Of a stretch of 64,000 bases of DNA, positions 47,896 through 58,126 are shown piece by piece (the stretch's first letter is position 1; every line of letters starts with the position of its first letter). A model generated the notes under the pieces. It had not been told where the DNA came from and did no database searches. It saw nothing but the letters and a program-made list of their open reading frames with translations. Origin of the DNA: an uncultured Gemmatimonadales bacterium (GTDB taxonomy: Bacteria; Gemmatimonadota; Gemmatimonadetes; Longimicrobiales; RSA9); the NCBI GenBank assembly GCA_963783305.1, contig CAWAMW010000017.1, positions 64,001 to 128,000 of the forward strand, read 5' to 3'. The translations under genes were made by a program, and so were the position numbers.

Positions 47896-50451
47896 TCAGT
47901 GGATGAAGGCCAGCGCCGGCACATCGGCCACACCGATTCTCCAGATGTTCTGCACCTGGGGCCCCGACCATCCCGGGACGGGTCGATTGCTGGTGACGAA
48001 CAGCCACCTCCCGTCTGCTGACACGCGGGCCCCGAAGTCATGGGACCCGGAATTGACCGGCGTTCCCAGGCTCACCGGCGGGCTCCACCCGTCTTCCGTT
48101 CGTCGGGTCACGTAGACGTCCGAGTCGCCGATGCCGTTCGGACAGAAGTCGCACGCGAAGAGGAGATACGACCCGTCGGGCGAGATCCAGGGGTGGGTCT
48201 CGTAGTGCTCGGAGTTCACGACGGGCCCCAGGTTCCGGGGCCCGCCGAAGCCGTCGCCCACCGCGGGAGCGATGTAGAGGTCGCTCTGTCCGAGAGTCAT
48301 TCCGGGAATCGCCGACCAGTAGAGGAGCGAACCGTCCGCCGCAACGGATGGTGCCATCTCCCGGCCCTCGAACGGAATCGCCGGCGCGGGAGCGGGGCTC
48401 CGGCGCACCGGCGCGGGCACCGGCCGCGGCTCGCCCCATGTCGTGTCTTCGACCGGAACGCGCCAGAGATCGTCGTCCCGTGGACCGGCGGCGGTCGACC
48501 GGCGGGACTGGAAGTAGAGCCACCGACCGTCCGGTGAGAACGTCGGAGCCTGGTCGTTGCCGGTCCCGGAGAAGGGCAGGATCCAGGGCGTGCTCCAGCC
48601 CGCCTCGGAGCGGCGCGATTCGTACAGGGTGAATGTCCCCTCAGGCTCCCGGCGAACGAAGACCACGTGATCCCCATCCGGAGAGAACGCAGGGGTGAGC
48701 TCGTCGTTTCGCGCAGTCGAGATCAGGCCGGGGTGCAACAGGGTCATCCGCGCAGCGCTCTCCCCGGTGGAGCCCCCATCCGACCGGCTCGTCGCGCTCG
48801 GGCACGGCCGCATGCGCCAGCCGCGTGTCTCCCCGTCCCTGCCCTCGGTGCCGCCCCCGGCTTCGGAACACCATGTGCCCGCCATGAATGCGACGGCCGC
48901 CAGCGGCCCCGGTGGCGGAGCCGGCGCGTCGTCGACCGGATCGAGTGGAGCGGTCGGAAACGGCTCGCCGGAAGCGACCTTCGCTACCCAGAGCACCACG
49001 TCGTCCGCAACGTCGGGAAGAGGCCGCATCCCGGGGGTCAGGATGACGTCGTGGAAGGTACGGATGTCGAAGGAACCACCCAGTCGCGCCTCGGCGGAAG
49101 TCCGGAGGGCCCGGAGGTGGAGGTTCCCGAGCATGTAGCCCAGCGACTGCCCCGGCAGCGCGGGGTATCGGTCCACCTCCACCTCGATCTCGCTGCGGGG
49201 CAGTGCGGTGTTCTCCAGCATGAACCGGATGGCGTCGTCCCGTGACCACCCGTGCACGTGCAGCCCCGGCTCCACCACCAGCCGGCTCGCGGCCCAGAGG
49301 TGCTTGGCGACCCTGCCGATCCGGTCGAGCCGGGACGAGTACAGCCCCATCTCGTCCGCCAGCCCCTCCGCGTAGATCGCCCACCCCTCGGCCAGACCCG
49401 AGACGAACGGTCCGGTCGTACCCCGGCGAGCGCTGAAATGGGTGTGGTGGCCGGGGATCGTCTCGTGGAACGCGATCGCCTCCGAAAGCAGCCGGCGCTC
49501 CGCCGGTCGGCTCGTGTTGACGACGTAGGCCGCCGGTCGATCGTCGGTGGCCGGACGGTAGTAGCCGGCGGGGAACGAGCTCTCCATGTACCGGGGCATA
49601 GCGACGACTTCGATCGGCACGTTCCCCGGCGATCCGACCCACGCGTGGACACTCGCTTCTGCCCGTGCGACGGCCGACCGGGCGTGCCGCAGCACGTCCT
49701 CACGGGACTCGAACGGGTCGGGATGTGGACCCTCCCGGAGCCGCTCGATGACGTCCTCGAACGTGGCACCGTACTCGGGCGAAGCGAGCGCCATGAGCTC
49801 GCTCCGCAGCTCGGCCAGCTTGCGATGACCCGCGGCCTCCACCTCCGCCGGTGACATTGGCAGACTCGTCCACGCTTCGATCAGGTGCGCGAAGCAGGCG
49901 TCGCCGCCCGGAGTGGCGCCGAGGCCCATCGTCGTGCGCGCCGCCTCCAGGTACTCGCCACCGAGAAACTCTCGATAGCGACGGACCGCCGGCAGCCACT
50001 CCCCTTCGACGGCCCGGCGCCATGCCCGGGAGAACGCGGTGTCATTGCTCCGCCGTGCGGGGCTCCAGAACGGCGATTCCTCGGCCCGAAGGGCGAGGAG
50101 CCCGTCCACCTGTTCGAGCACTCGCAGCACCACCGCTCGTGGGGCCGTGGTCCCCGCTCCCATCCCCTCGCGGAGAGCTTCCATGTCCCCTTCCAGCGCC
50201 GCGGGGATGTCGCTCCAGTACGACAGCGTTTCTTCTCGCTCCTCCGCCGTGCCGACCCGCGCGTTCTCGAGCTGCCCCGGCCAGCGAGTGGCCCAGCCAG
50301 ACACCTGGTTCAGCGTCCGGGTATCCGTGCGGCACTCCCGCATCAGATGGTCGGCGAAGCCACCGCCAGCGGCCAGGCCGTCCTGGGCGTACGCGGCGCC
50401 CGGGATGAGGCCAGCGACCACGCCCACGACCAGCAGTGTCATACGGTGCAT
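47896..50451 (-). CDS. Exported DUF885 domain fused to a C-terminal PD40/TolB-like propeller
   Basis: FHETIPGHH, EGWAIYAE and EVDRY..PGQ (DUF885); FSPDG repeats and NLGPVVNS at the C-terminus. Confidence 0.8.
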   Translation of the reverse strand: MHRMTLLVVGVVAGLIPGAAYAQDGLAAGGGFADHLMRECRTDTRTLNQVSGWATRWPGQLENARVGTAEEREETLSYWSDIPAALEGDMEALREGMGAGTTAPRAVVLRVLEQVDGLLALRAEESPFWSPARRSNDTAFSRAWRRAVEGEWLPAVRRYREFLGGEYLEAARTTMGLGATPGGDACFAHLIEAWTSLPMSPAEVEAAGHRKLAELRSELMALASPEYGATFEDVIERLREGPHPDPFESREDVLRHARSAVARAEASVHAWVGSPGNVPIEVVAMPRYMESSFPAGYYRPATDDRPAAYVVNTSRPAERRLLSEAIAFHETIPGHHTHFSARRGTTGPFVSGLAEGWAIYAEGLADEMGLYSSRLDRIGRVAKHLWAASRLVVEPGLHVHGWSRDDAIRFMLENTALPRSEIEVEVDRYPALPGQSLGYMLGNLHLRALRTSAEARLGGSFDIRTFHDVILTPGMRPLPDVADDVVLWVAKVASGEPFPTAPLDPVDDAPAPPPGPLAAVAFMAGTWCSEAGGGTEGRDGETRGWRMRPCPSATSRSDGGSTGESAARMTLLHPGLISTARNDELTPAFSPDGDHVVFVRREPEGTFTLYESRRSEAGWSTPWILPFSGTGNDQAPTFSPDGRWLYFQSRRSTAAGPRDDDLWRVPVEDTTWGEPRPVPAPVRRSPAPAPAIPFEGREMAPSVAADGSLLYWSAIPGMTLGQSDLYIAPAVGDGFGGPRNLGPVVNSEHYETHPWISPDGSYLLFACDFCPNGIGDSDVYVTRRTEDGWSPPVSLGTPVNSGSHDFGARVSADGRWLFVTSNRPVPGWSGPQVQNIWRIGVADVPALAFIH

Positions 50452-50640
50452 ACTCGGTCCCTGGTTGGTTCGGAGTGAGGCCGCTCGCCGAGGCTCGCCC
50501 CGGATGTGGCGCAGCCGCCACTCAATCTGCGGCGAAAGGCCATCACTGTCATTGCCTTCGGGCAGCCGGTGGTCACGGCGGGCGAACGGCAAGAGGCGGT
50601 GGGCCGGCGCCGGCCTGACGCCGCGCGGCCAGGAGCAGGC

Positions 50641-51663
50641 TCAGTCCACGGGGCGCCGCAGACGCAGGGCCGCCACCGTCGCCCACGATCCCCCTGCAGT
50701 CTCCCGGCGTTCGAGTACCCGGACCAGCGCCGTCCCTCCATCGGTCCAGAGCCAGCGCTCCCGGGTCACCGGCCCGGAGCCGTCCCGTCGATCCTGGAAC
50801 ACGAGCTCCTCGGCGCTCGTGCCCGTTCGAGCACGCAGCGTGGGACGGTCGGCAGTGATGACCCACTCCGTCCACTCGCCGTTTCCCTCCAGACCTCGCA
50901 CGGCGAAGGACTCCCAGCTGCCGTCATCCGCGACGATCCGCTCCATGGTGGCACAGCCGTCGAGGATACCGCTGACGTGGACCCGCACCGGCGTGCGCTC
51001 TCCCTCGACCTCGCGCACGCCCTCCCAGGGCCCCAGCGCATCGTCGAGCCGGCGGTGAGGCTCCTCCGGGCAGCGTGCGGTCCCCCGCGTCGGTCCATTG
51101 GGCAGAGGGTCCGCCGCCGGCGGTCGGCGCTTGAACGTCATGATCCACGTCGAGTCCCACGCGGCGCCCGCCTCGTACGCGTTGTTCCACTGGAAGCGAT
51201 CCCGCTCGATGGCGGAAAAGCTGAGCCGGGTGGCGATGGTGTCGCCCCGCGCACTGACGAAATGGTCGTGGAAGTCGCCACGTCCCCCCTCGAACGTGCC
51301 CAACGAGTGGGAGAAGCCGGTCGCCGCCCGGATCGGCCAATTGAGAACCAGGTCCCAGACCTTGCGGTCAGGGTCGTACGCACGGATCGAGAACCCCTCG
51401 ATCTCGACGGTCGGCCGGAACGCGCTCCCGCGCCAGTGCTCGACGATCGCGCAGCCGCCCACGACCGCGTACACCCGATCCGTCGCGCGGCCCGTCTCGA
51501 ACCACTCGTCCGTGCCGGGTGGACTGTTCCGATTCTCTACCTCCCACTCCCCGAGCCAGAAGTCGAACTGCCGCGACTCGGCCTCCGGGCACCAGCTCTG
51601 CGCGGCGAGTCCCACGGGGCAGAGGGAGGTGAGGAAGACCAGCAGCGAGGATTTGAGCGCCAT
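50641..51663 (-). CDS. Exported protein with two tandem DUF1579-like beta domains
   Basis: Signal peptide; CPEAESRQFDFWLGEW...GCAIVEHW and a second CPEEPHRRLD...GCATME copy. Confidence 0.7.
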   Translation of the reverse strand: MALKSSLLVFLTSLCPVGLAAQSWCPEAESRQFDFWLGEWEVENRNSPPGTDEWFETGRATDRVYAVVGGCAIVEHWRGSAFRPTVEIEGFSIRAYDPDRKVWDLVLNWPIRAATGFSHSLGTFEGGRGDFHDHFVSARGDTIATRLSFSAIERDRFQWNNAYEAGAAWDSTWIMTFKRRPPAADPLPNGPTRGTARCPEEPHRRLDDALGPWEGVREVEGERTPVRVHVSGILDGCATMERIVADDGSWESFAVRGLEGNGEWTEWVITADRPTLRARTGTSAEELVFQDRRDGSGPVTRERWLWTDGGTALVRVLERRETAGGSWATVAALRLRRPVD

Positions 51664-51840
51664 GGTATCGGTTCCGAGGTGACAGAGGGCTTCGATCGGG
51701 ATGGGAAACATGGCAAGACGCCGCGGCGGCCGCCGCCCCGGCGGGGCGAGCGGCGATGCGTGGGGGCGGACAGGGGAGACGGTCCCGGCATGCTTCGCCG
51801 TGGCTCGGTCGGAGCACGCCGAGACCCTCCACCCGGGACG

Positions 51841-52223
51841 CTACGACTCGAGCCGCTGCATCAGGATGCGCTCGACGACGCCGTCGTTCGCCCGGTGCGC
51901 GAGCAGTACGTCCTCGCCAGCCCCGGCTACCCGGTAGAGCGACGTCCCCTCGGGGAGGAAATTCGACTCGCCATCGGACAGGAGCAGGAATCGCTGACGT
52001 GGGTGACGTCGTCGAGCCACACGCCCTCGGAGCAATCCACCAGCCGGAGCACCGAGCCGATCAGGGCGCCGTCCGTGGAGGTGGAAGGTGCCGGGTCTTC
52101 CGCGATGGTGAAGTAGGTGTCGCCTACGCGGACGACGGGAATGAGCAGGGCGCTCGTTTCGGTGGGGTCGCTACACCCCAGGGCGGCGAGGCTCAGGAGC
52201 ACTACCGACAGGACAGGTCTCAT
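51841..52223 (-). CDS. Small lipoprotein, frameshifted at about 51981
   Basis: Lipobox ALGC. Adding one C joins ...VSDSCS to LSDGESNFLPEGTSLYRV... Confidence 0.6.
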
Positions 52224-52304
52224 CGAATCCCTTAAAACGGACTGTGGATAGGCCTGCCCGAGTGCCGAGCGCGACACGAAATTGCCGCATCCGCTCGGCG
52301 TGTC

Positions 52305-54267
52305 CTAAGGACTCGGGTCGGAGACGGGCCCCGCTCGGGACGAGCGGTAGCAAAGGCGTGGTGAACCGCCGACGAGTTCGACCCGCTGAAACGCAGCACT
52401 TCCTGCCCCGTGACGTTCAGAAGCGAGCGTCGCCCGCAGGATCCACCTCCGGCCTTCCCTTTCCCAGGTATCCTCGACCCGTCCGTTCGAGCTGAGTCCG
52501 CCGTACATCACGAGACGCTCCCGGTCGGGGTCCCAGGCGAGGCCGTGGACGTTGCGGGGGCCGGGGCCCGCGTCGCCGATCCGGTCCACCGCACGCCGTC
52601 CCACTCCCAGGTGTCGCCCAGGTTGCCTTCCTCGCCCCGGCCTCCGTAGAGGACGACACGCTCCATCGCGCCGTCATAGGCCATGCGCGCCGCGAACCTC
52701 GCGGATGGGCCATCATCGGAGACGTGGTGCCAGGTCGTGCCGTCCCACTCCCAGGTGTCGGCGAGCAGCCCATCGTCGCCCCAGCCGCCGAACAGGACGA
52801 CCCGGCCGCGCGCGTCGTCGTACGCGAGCCGGTGCGTAGATCGAGCGGGCGGGGCAGGACCGTCGTGTCGGCGCCAGCGCTGCCCATCGTGGATCCATGT
52901 GTCGCCCAGCAGCGCCTGGTCGCCCGGAACTCCCCGGCTCCCTCCGAAGAGGACCAGCTTCTCCCGTTGCCGATCCCAGACCATGGAACGGTGGTCTCGG
53001 ACGCCGGGTCCGGCGTCCGCGCCGTTGAGCCGAACCCAGCCCGAGCCGTCCCAGGCGACGAGGTCGCCGTAGCGGGCACCGCCATCCCGTCCGAACCGCA
53101 GGCCGAAGCCGCCATGTACGAGGACCCGGTCCCTGACGGGGTCATACGCCAGGGCGAAGTGCCCCCTCGACCCGAGGAGTCCGTCGCTCGCCACCTGTTC
53201 CCACTGCCGACCGTCCCAGGCCCAGACGCCGCTGTCCTGGTCGTCCGGCACGCCCCCGATCAGGACCGTCCGGTGCATGGCCTCGTGATAGACCAGCGCA
53301 TGTGCCGACCGGGGGCCCGGACCTGCGGGGGCGGGTGCCCACGATCCGTCGGCCCAGGTCCATGTATCCCCCAGCGAAGCCCGCTCCGCCGATCGTCCAC
53401 CGTGAAGCAGCGCCCGGCTCCGCGTGTCGTCCCAGGCCATCGCCGCGGCATCCCGCGCCTCCAGGCCGCTTCGCACCCGCTCCCAGTCCCGACCGTCGAA
53501 GAGCCAGGTATCGGCCCGGGCCGACCGATCGGCGCCCAGGCCGCCATTCACGAGCAGGACGTCCCGCTCCGGGTCCCGAACCAGGGCATGGTTGGCGCTC
53601 TCTCCAGGCCCACCTTCCACGGTGAGGCGCGACCACGCGCCTGCCCGCCAGAGCCACAGGTCCCCGTGCATGTCCGCGTCCGGCCCCCGTCCCTCGAGCC
53701 CGCCGAACAGCACGAGCCCACCCGCCCGGCCGAGCGGCGCCATGCCGGCGCCGCAGCGGTTGCCTGGGCCGGAGACGGCCAGGCGCTTCCAGCGGCCGTC
53801 CCACGCCCAGGTATCCGCCGGGTCGCCCTCGCCACAGCCGCCGAACAGCACGACGTGCCGACTCCACGGGTCCCACGCCATGGCGGCCGACGAGCGCGGG
53901 CTGGGGCCGGGGCTGTCGTGTCGACTCCACTTCTCCCCGTCCCAGGTCCAGGTCTGGCCGAGGGGTCCTTCGGCCGACCACCCACCGAACAGGACCAGCT
54001 CTCCGCGCGCGCTGTCGTAGGCCATGGAGACGCTGCTGTGCGCAGGCGGGCCGGAGACGTCGGCGCGGCGCCATGAGGCGCCCTCCCAGATCCAGGTGTC
54101 GCCGTGGAACCGGGGGTCGTCGAACGTGCCGCTGCTGCCGCCGAAAAGCACGACGGTACCGGCCGGCGCGGCTGCCATGGCGTGATGATCCCGCGGGGAC
54201 GGCGCCTGCGCCGGCGCATCCACCGGAAGAGGGCTACGATGAGCAACAGCCCGAGTCGATTGGTCAT
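52305..54267 (-). CDS. Exported Kelch-repeat protein (double propeller), frameshifted at about 54225 and 52583
   Basis: Many LFGG...GDTWxWDGxxW repeats. The signal peptide MTNRLGLLLIVALF and the last repeat lie in other frames, each restored by adding one C. 3' end uncertain. Confidence 0.75.
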
Positions 54268-54496
54268 GGCGCGAGAGCGAGCAGGGCGACCGTGGCCGTG
54301 GCGACCAGGCCCGCACGTCCGCCACGCTCTGCGCCTGGCCTGGCGCGGGCGGGGTCTGGCTCGTGGTCGTCCGAGCGGGTGATTGGATCCTCCTGCAGGT
54401 ACGGTGGTGAGTGAGGCGAAGGGTTCAACACCGGACTCGCCCGCGTCCCGGCAGAACCAAGCCGGGGCAGACGGCGGACGGGAGCGACGGCTCGCC

Positions 54497-55321
54497 TCAT
54501 TTCCTGCTCTCGTCCACTCCGTGCGCGACGAGACCCCGCGGCGGGCCTGATGAGGTGCCATTACCGCCGCCCTCGAAAGCGCCCCGGGAGGAGAGACGCT
54601 CCACGGCCTGCGTGAAGCGGGTCGACGCCTCTCGTGCCCACCCTGCTCCGGCCTTCCAGGCCGAGGAAACGTACGCGATCTCCTGGTGGTCCGGCTGCCC
54701 TCGGACGGGGCTCACGGAGAGGCGGGCGACACCGCAGGAGTCCGCGGACAGGGCCACGATGTGGTAGGGGTCCGTCCGATCCAGGATCCGCATCCGCTTC
54801 ACGCCGAGGGGGTCCTCCCGCACCAGGCCCTGCCAGAGCTCAGCGCGATGCGCGGGCACGACGAACCGCAGACCGACCTCCTCGCGTCGCGAGCCGGCCC
54901 AGTTCTGGAGGTAGTGCCGGAGCTGGATCAGGAGGAAGCGGTACGCATGGCGGGTGCTCTCGATCATGCCGTCCCACTCGGCGTCGGACGGGAAACCGCT
55001 CGTAACGACCCGCACGTGGGACCGTTCGCCGATCCCACGCAGATCCAGCGTCGTGGTCAGCGCCGGATCGGCGTCGTACCCGCCATGGCGCAGCGAGAGG
55101 TGGCGTCCCGGCTCCCACTCCAGCACCCGCATCCCGTGGGACCAGGCGTTCGGCCAGTGAAAACGCAGCGCACCGCCTTCTCCCGGCTCGACCTCCGCGC
55201 GGACCGGAAACCAACCCTCCAGCTCACGAGGCTCGGTCAACGCCCGCCAGGCCCGGTCGACGGGCACATTGATCTCGATTTCACAGCGTGCGGCACGCGG
55301 ATTCAGTGGCAGGGGTTTCAC
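54497..55321 (-). CDS. SRPBCC/AHSA1-domain protein
   Basis: EIEINVPVDRAWRALTEPRELEGWF...GGALRFHW...EWEPGRHL. Start uncertain. Confidence 0.75.
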   Translation of the reverse strand: MKPLPLNPRAARCEIEINVPVDRAWRALTEPRELEGWFPVRAEVEPGEGGALRFHWPNAWSHGMRVLEWEPGRHLSLRHGGYDADPALTTTLDLRGIGERSHVRVVTSGFPSDAEWDGMIESTRHAYRFLLIQLRHYLQNWAGSRREEVGLRFVVPAHRAELWQGLVREDPLGVKRMRILDRTDPYHIVALSADSCGVARLSVSPVRGQPDHQEIAYVSSAWKAGAGWAREASTRFTQAVERLSSRGAFEGGGNGTSSGPPRGLVAHGVDESRK

Positions 55322-55789
55322 GGTCGGTACCTTCCCGAGGCGGCTGGCAGTTGGGGGGCCTGTCTGATAGGACAGCTCTCGGGTCCGGAAGGTTGCAGGC
55401 CCCTCGCGGCGTGCCCACGAACCCGACCGATCATCCTCCAACGTTCGAGACGCACCGGGTCTGACACAACGCGACGCGGACGAGCGGCGAAAGCGCGGGG
55501 CCGGCGGCGAATCCGGCAGCTCGGGGAGCGGCTGGCAGCGAGCCGACATCCTCGCCCGCCGCTCGTCCCGCGCCTCGGCCGGTCGGCCCCGCTCCTCGAC
55601 CTTCGACCGGTTCACGCGGTCCGATGCGCGGCTGAGGGAGGGTCACTTCCGCGCCATCAGCCGGCATGTACGAGAAAGCCCCGAATCCGGCCCCGCCCGC
55701 CCGCCCCCTTCACGAGCCGGCTCGCCCACGCCCTCCCCGCTCACCCCGGATGGCTTCGTGGCCACTCGGATTCGGCCCATTTTGGGAGT

Positions 55790-55942
55790 GTGTTCGAGAG
55801 AGCACCATTCTCCTGGCAGGGGATGAAGAGAGAGCGTCGTCCGGTTCCGGGCGGCGCTCTCTCACTTCGTACCCGTCGCGCGGTGACCCACGGCGATGGA
55901 CGATGAAAGGGGGCGCGCCCGACGGACGCGCCCCCTTTCCCT
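55790..55942 (+). ncRNA. Candidate structured small RNA (may also encode a 27-aa peptide, 55823-55906)
   Basis: Consecutive hairpins with G-U pairs valid only on the + strand, a GAGA tetraloop, and a 13-bp terminator-like stem, in an intergenic region with no annotated gene to terminate. Confidence 0.45.
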
Positions 55943-56018
55943 GCTTACCACACTGCGACGGTCAGTCGATACTGGCCGATTACGCGTCGCACATCCGGGC
56001 GGCCGCCCCGTTCCGCAG

Positions 56019-56108
56019 CCGCTCGCCACAGCCGCTGCTGTTCGTCCCTCCGGTTCGCCGCTCGTACCTCGTCAGTCGCCGTCCGTCACCGACGCACTGG
56101 CGTTCGGC
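56019..56108 (+). promoter_or_regulatory. Array of LytTR-type direct repeats with about 20-21 bp period upstream of the sensor kinase
   Basis: CCGCTCGCC 56019, CTGTTCGTC 56038, CCGCTCGTA 56058, CCGTCCGTC 56079, GCGTTCGGC 56100. Confidence 0.65.
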
Positions 56109-56135
56109 CCCGGACTCAACGGAGATTGGAGCGCA

Positions 56136-57362
56136 ATGACGACACGAACGACGGGCTGGAGCGGACGCGGCCAGAGGCCGAAGCGGATCGACGATCCGGC
56201 GGGCGATGTCCCCGCGGACAACGTGTGGAGAAGACCCCGCACATGGATCGTCGCCGGCCTGATCTTCCTCGCGCTGGGCGTGGTCAACGCGTTCGGGATA
56301 TTCGCCCAGATCCTGCAGTTCGAGGAAGCGACGGGGTGGGAGGCGCTTCGCTTCTCGATGCTGCGGATGATCCCCTTCTGGATGTTCGCCTACCTGCTAC
56401 TGCCGATCCCGGTCTGGATCACCCACCGCTTTCCGCCCTTCGGCCCGAAATGGCCGAGGAATCTCCTCGTCCACCTGGTCACCGCCCTCCCATTCACGCT
56501 GCTCCGGCTTTCCATGGGGTACTCGGTGGCGTACCTGATCACACCCCCGGCGTACGAGGTCACGCTCGGCGCGTTCCTGTTTGGCGGGCTGGTCTCCTCG
56601 ACGGGCAGCGGGGTCACGATCTACCTCGCGACCGTCGGCGCCGTGATCGCCGTCGACCACTACTTCGAGTCACGTGCCCGCGAGAGGCAGGCGGCGCGTG
56701 CGGAGTTGAGGGCCGCCCAGCTCGAGACCAGCCTCGAACGGTCGCGCCTGGAGTGGCTCCGGTCCCAGCTCGACCCGCATTTCCTCTTCAACGCCCTCAA
56801 CAGCATCTCCACGCTGGCCCGCCAGGGAAACGCGAAGGCGGTGGTCGCCGGGCTCGGTCGGCTGGGGGACCTGCTGCGCGCCACCCTCGACCGGGACCGC
56901 GCCGTGAGCACGCTCGAGGAAGAGCTCGCGTTCCTCGACATGTACCTCGATATCGAGCGCATGCGGCTGGGGGACCGGGTCGGGATCCACGTGGAGGTGA
57001 CGGAGGAGGCCAGACGTGCACGGCTGCCCGCCCTGCTCCTCCAGCCTCTGGTCGAGAACGCTCTGAAGCACGGCGCCGGCGCGACCCGCGGCCCCGTGGA
57101 CGTGCACGTCACCGGCCAGGTGGACGGGGACCGGCTGCGGCTGCGGGTCCGGGACACAGGCCGGGGCTTTCCCGACACGTGGAGTGAGGGGGTCGGCCTG
57201 GGGAACACCCTGCAGCGCCTCGACCAGCTCTTCGGAGACGCGGGCAGGTTCGAGATCGACTCCTCGGACGCCGGTGCCACCGTGACGTTGACCCTGCCCT
57301 ACGACCCGGTGCCGGCCGAGGCCGGTTCGCGCGAGCCCGAGCCGGCGGAGCCCGTCGCATGA
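56136..57362 (+). CDS. LytS/YehU-type sensor histidine kinase
   Basis: Four TM helices; LRSQLDPHFLFNALNSI, LQPLVENALKHG and GVGLGN. Confidence 0.93.
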   Translation: MTTRTTGWSGRGQRPKRIDDPAGDVPADNVWRRPRTWIVAGLIFLALGVVNAFGIFAQILQFEEATGWEALRFSMLRMIPFWMFAYLLLPIPVWITHRFPPFGPKWPRNLLVHLVTALPFTLLRLSMGYSVAYLITPPAYEVTLGAFLFGGLVSSTGSGVTIYLATVGAVIAVDHYFESRARERQAARAELRAAQLETSLERSRLEWLRSQLDPHFLFNALNSISTLARQGNAKAVVAGLGRLGDLLRATLDRDRAVSTLEEELAFLDMYLDIERMRLGDRVGIHVEVTEEARRARLPALLLQPLVENALKHGAGATRGPVDVHVTGQVDGDRLRLRVRDTGRGFPDTWSEGVGLGNTLQRLDQLFGDAGRFEIDSSDAGATVTLTLPYDPVPAEAGSREPEPAEPVA

Positions 57363-58126
57363 GACGCGTCGTGCAGGCCGTCGTGGTCGACGACGAGCCA
57401 CTCGCCCGGGAGGGACTGATGAGCTACCTCGAGCCGCACGACGACATTGAGGTCGTGGCGGTCTGCGAGGACGGCGTGAAGGCCGTCGCGGCCATCGAGG
57501 AGCACCAGCCCGACGTCGTCTTCCTCGACATCCAGATGCCCGAGATGAGCGGATTCGACGTGGTCGAGCGCGTGGGCCCCGACCGTATGCCGGCCATCGT
57601 GTTCGTCACCGCCTACGACGAGTTCGCGCTCGAGGCCTTCGAGGCCGCCGCCCTGGACTACGTGCTGAAGCCCCTGGACGAGGAGCGGGTCGAGCGCGCC
57701 CTCCGGCGAGTACGCGATCGGATGGAGCATGCGCAGCCGGCCACGGCAGAGCTCCACGCGCTGCTGCGCTATGTGAAGGAGGCGCGGACCGATCGGCCAT
57801 TCGCCACCAGGCTCAAGGTCCGGGAAGGCGAGCACATCCGCTTCGTCGAGGTCCGGACGATCGAGTGGTTCGAGGCCGACGGCAACTACGTGGTCCTCCA
57901 TGCGCGAGAGGACGAGGCCAGGATCCGCTCGACCATGTCCGGCCTCGAAGAGGTGCTGGACCCCTCCCGCTTCGTCCGGGTGCACCGGTCCGTCATCGTC
58001 AACCTCGATCACCTCAAGGAGGTCCAGCCGTGGTTCAGCGGCGACTACCTCGCCATCATGAACAACGGCGACCAGATCCGCGTCAGTCGACGCTACAAGG
58101 ATGACCTCCTCCGCGACGTGATCTGA
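57359..58126 (+). CDS. LytR/AlgR-family response regulator
   Basis: REC domain (VDDEPLAR, FLDIQMP, TAYD, KP) and LytTR domain (FVRVHRSVIVN, VSRRY); ATGA overlap with the kinase. Confidence 0.95.
   Translation: MRRVVQAVVVDDEPLAREGLMSYLEPHDDIEVVAVCEDGVKAVAAIEEHQPDVVFLDIQMPEMSGFDVVERVGPDRMPAIVFVTAYDEFALEAFEAAALDYVLKPLDEERVERALRRVRDRMEHAQPATAELHALLRYVKEARTDRPFATRLKVREGEHIRFVEVRTIEWFEADGNYVVLHAREDEARIRSTMSGLEEVLDPSRFVRVHRSVIVNLDHLKEVQPWFSGDYLAIMNNGDQIRVSRRYKDDLLRDVI

Noticed and set aside
52305..54267. Periodic nucleotide repeats resembling an array
   Set aside because: Explained by Kelch protein repeats. No identical repeat-spacer structure or cas genes anywhere in the window.
54264..54500. 78-aa ORF overlapping both neighbours, with AGGAGG before an ATC codon and a signal-like tail
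   Set aside because: No recognisable domain; probably promoter DNA plus a signal-peptide remnant.
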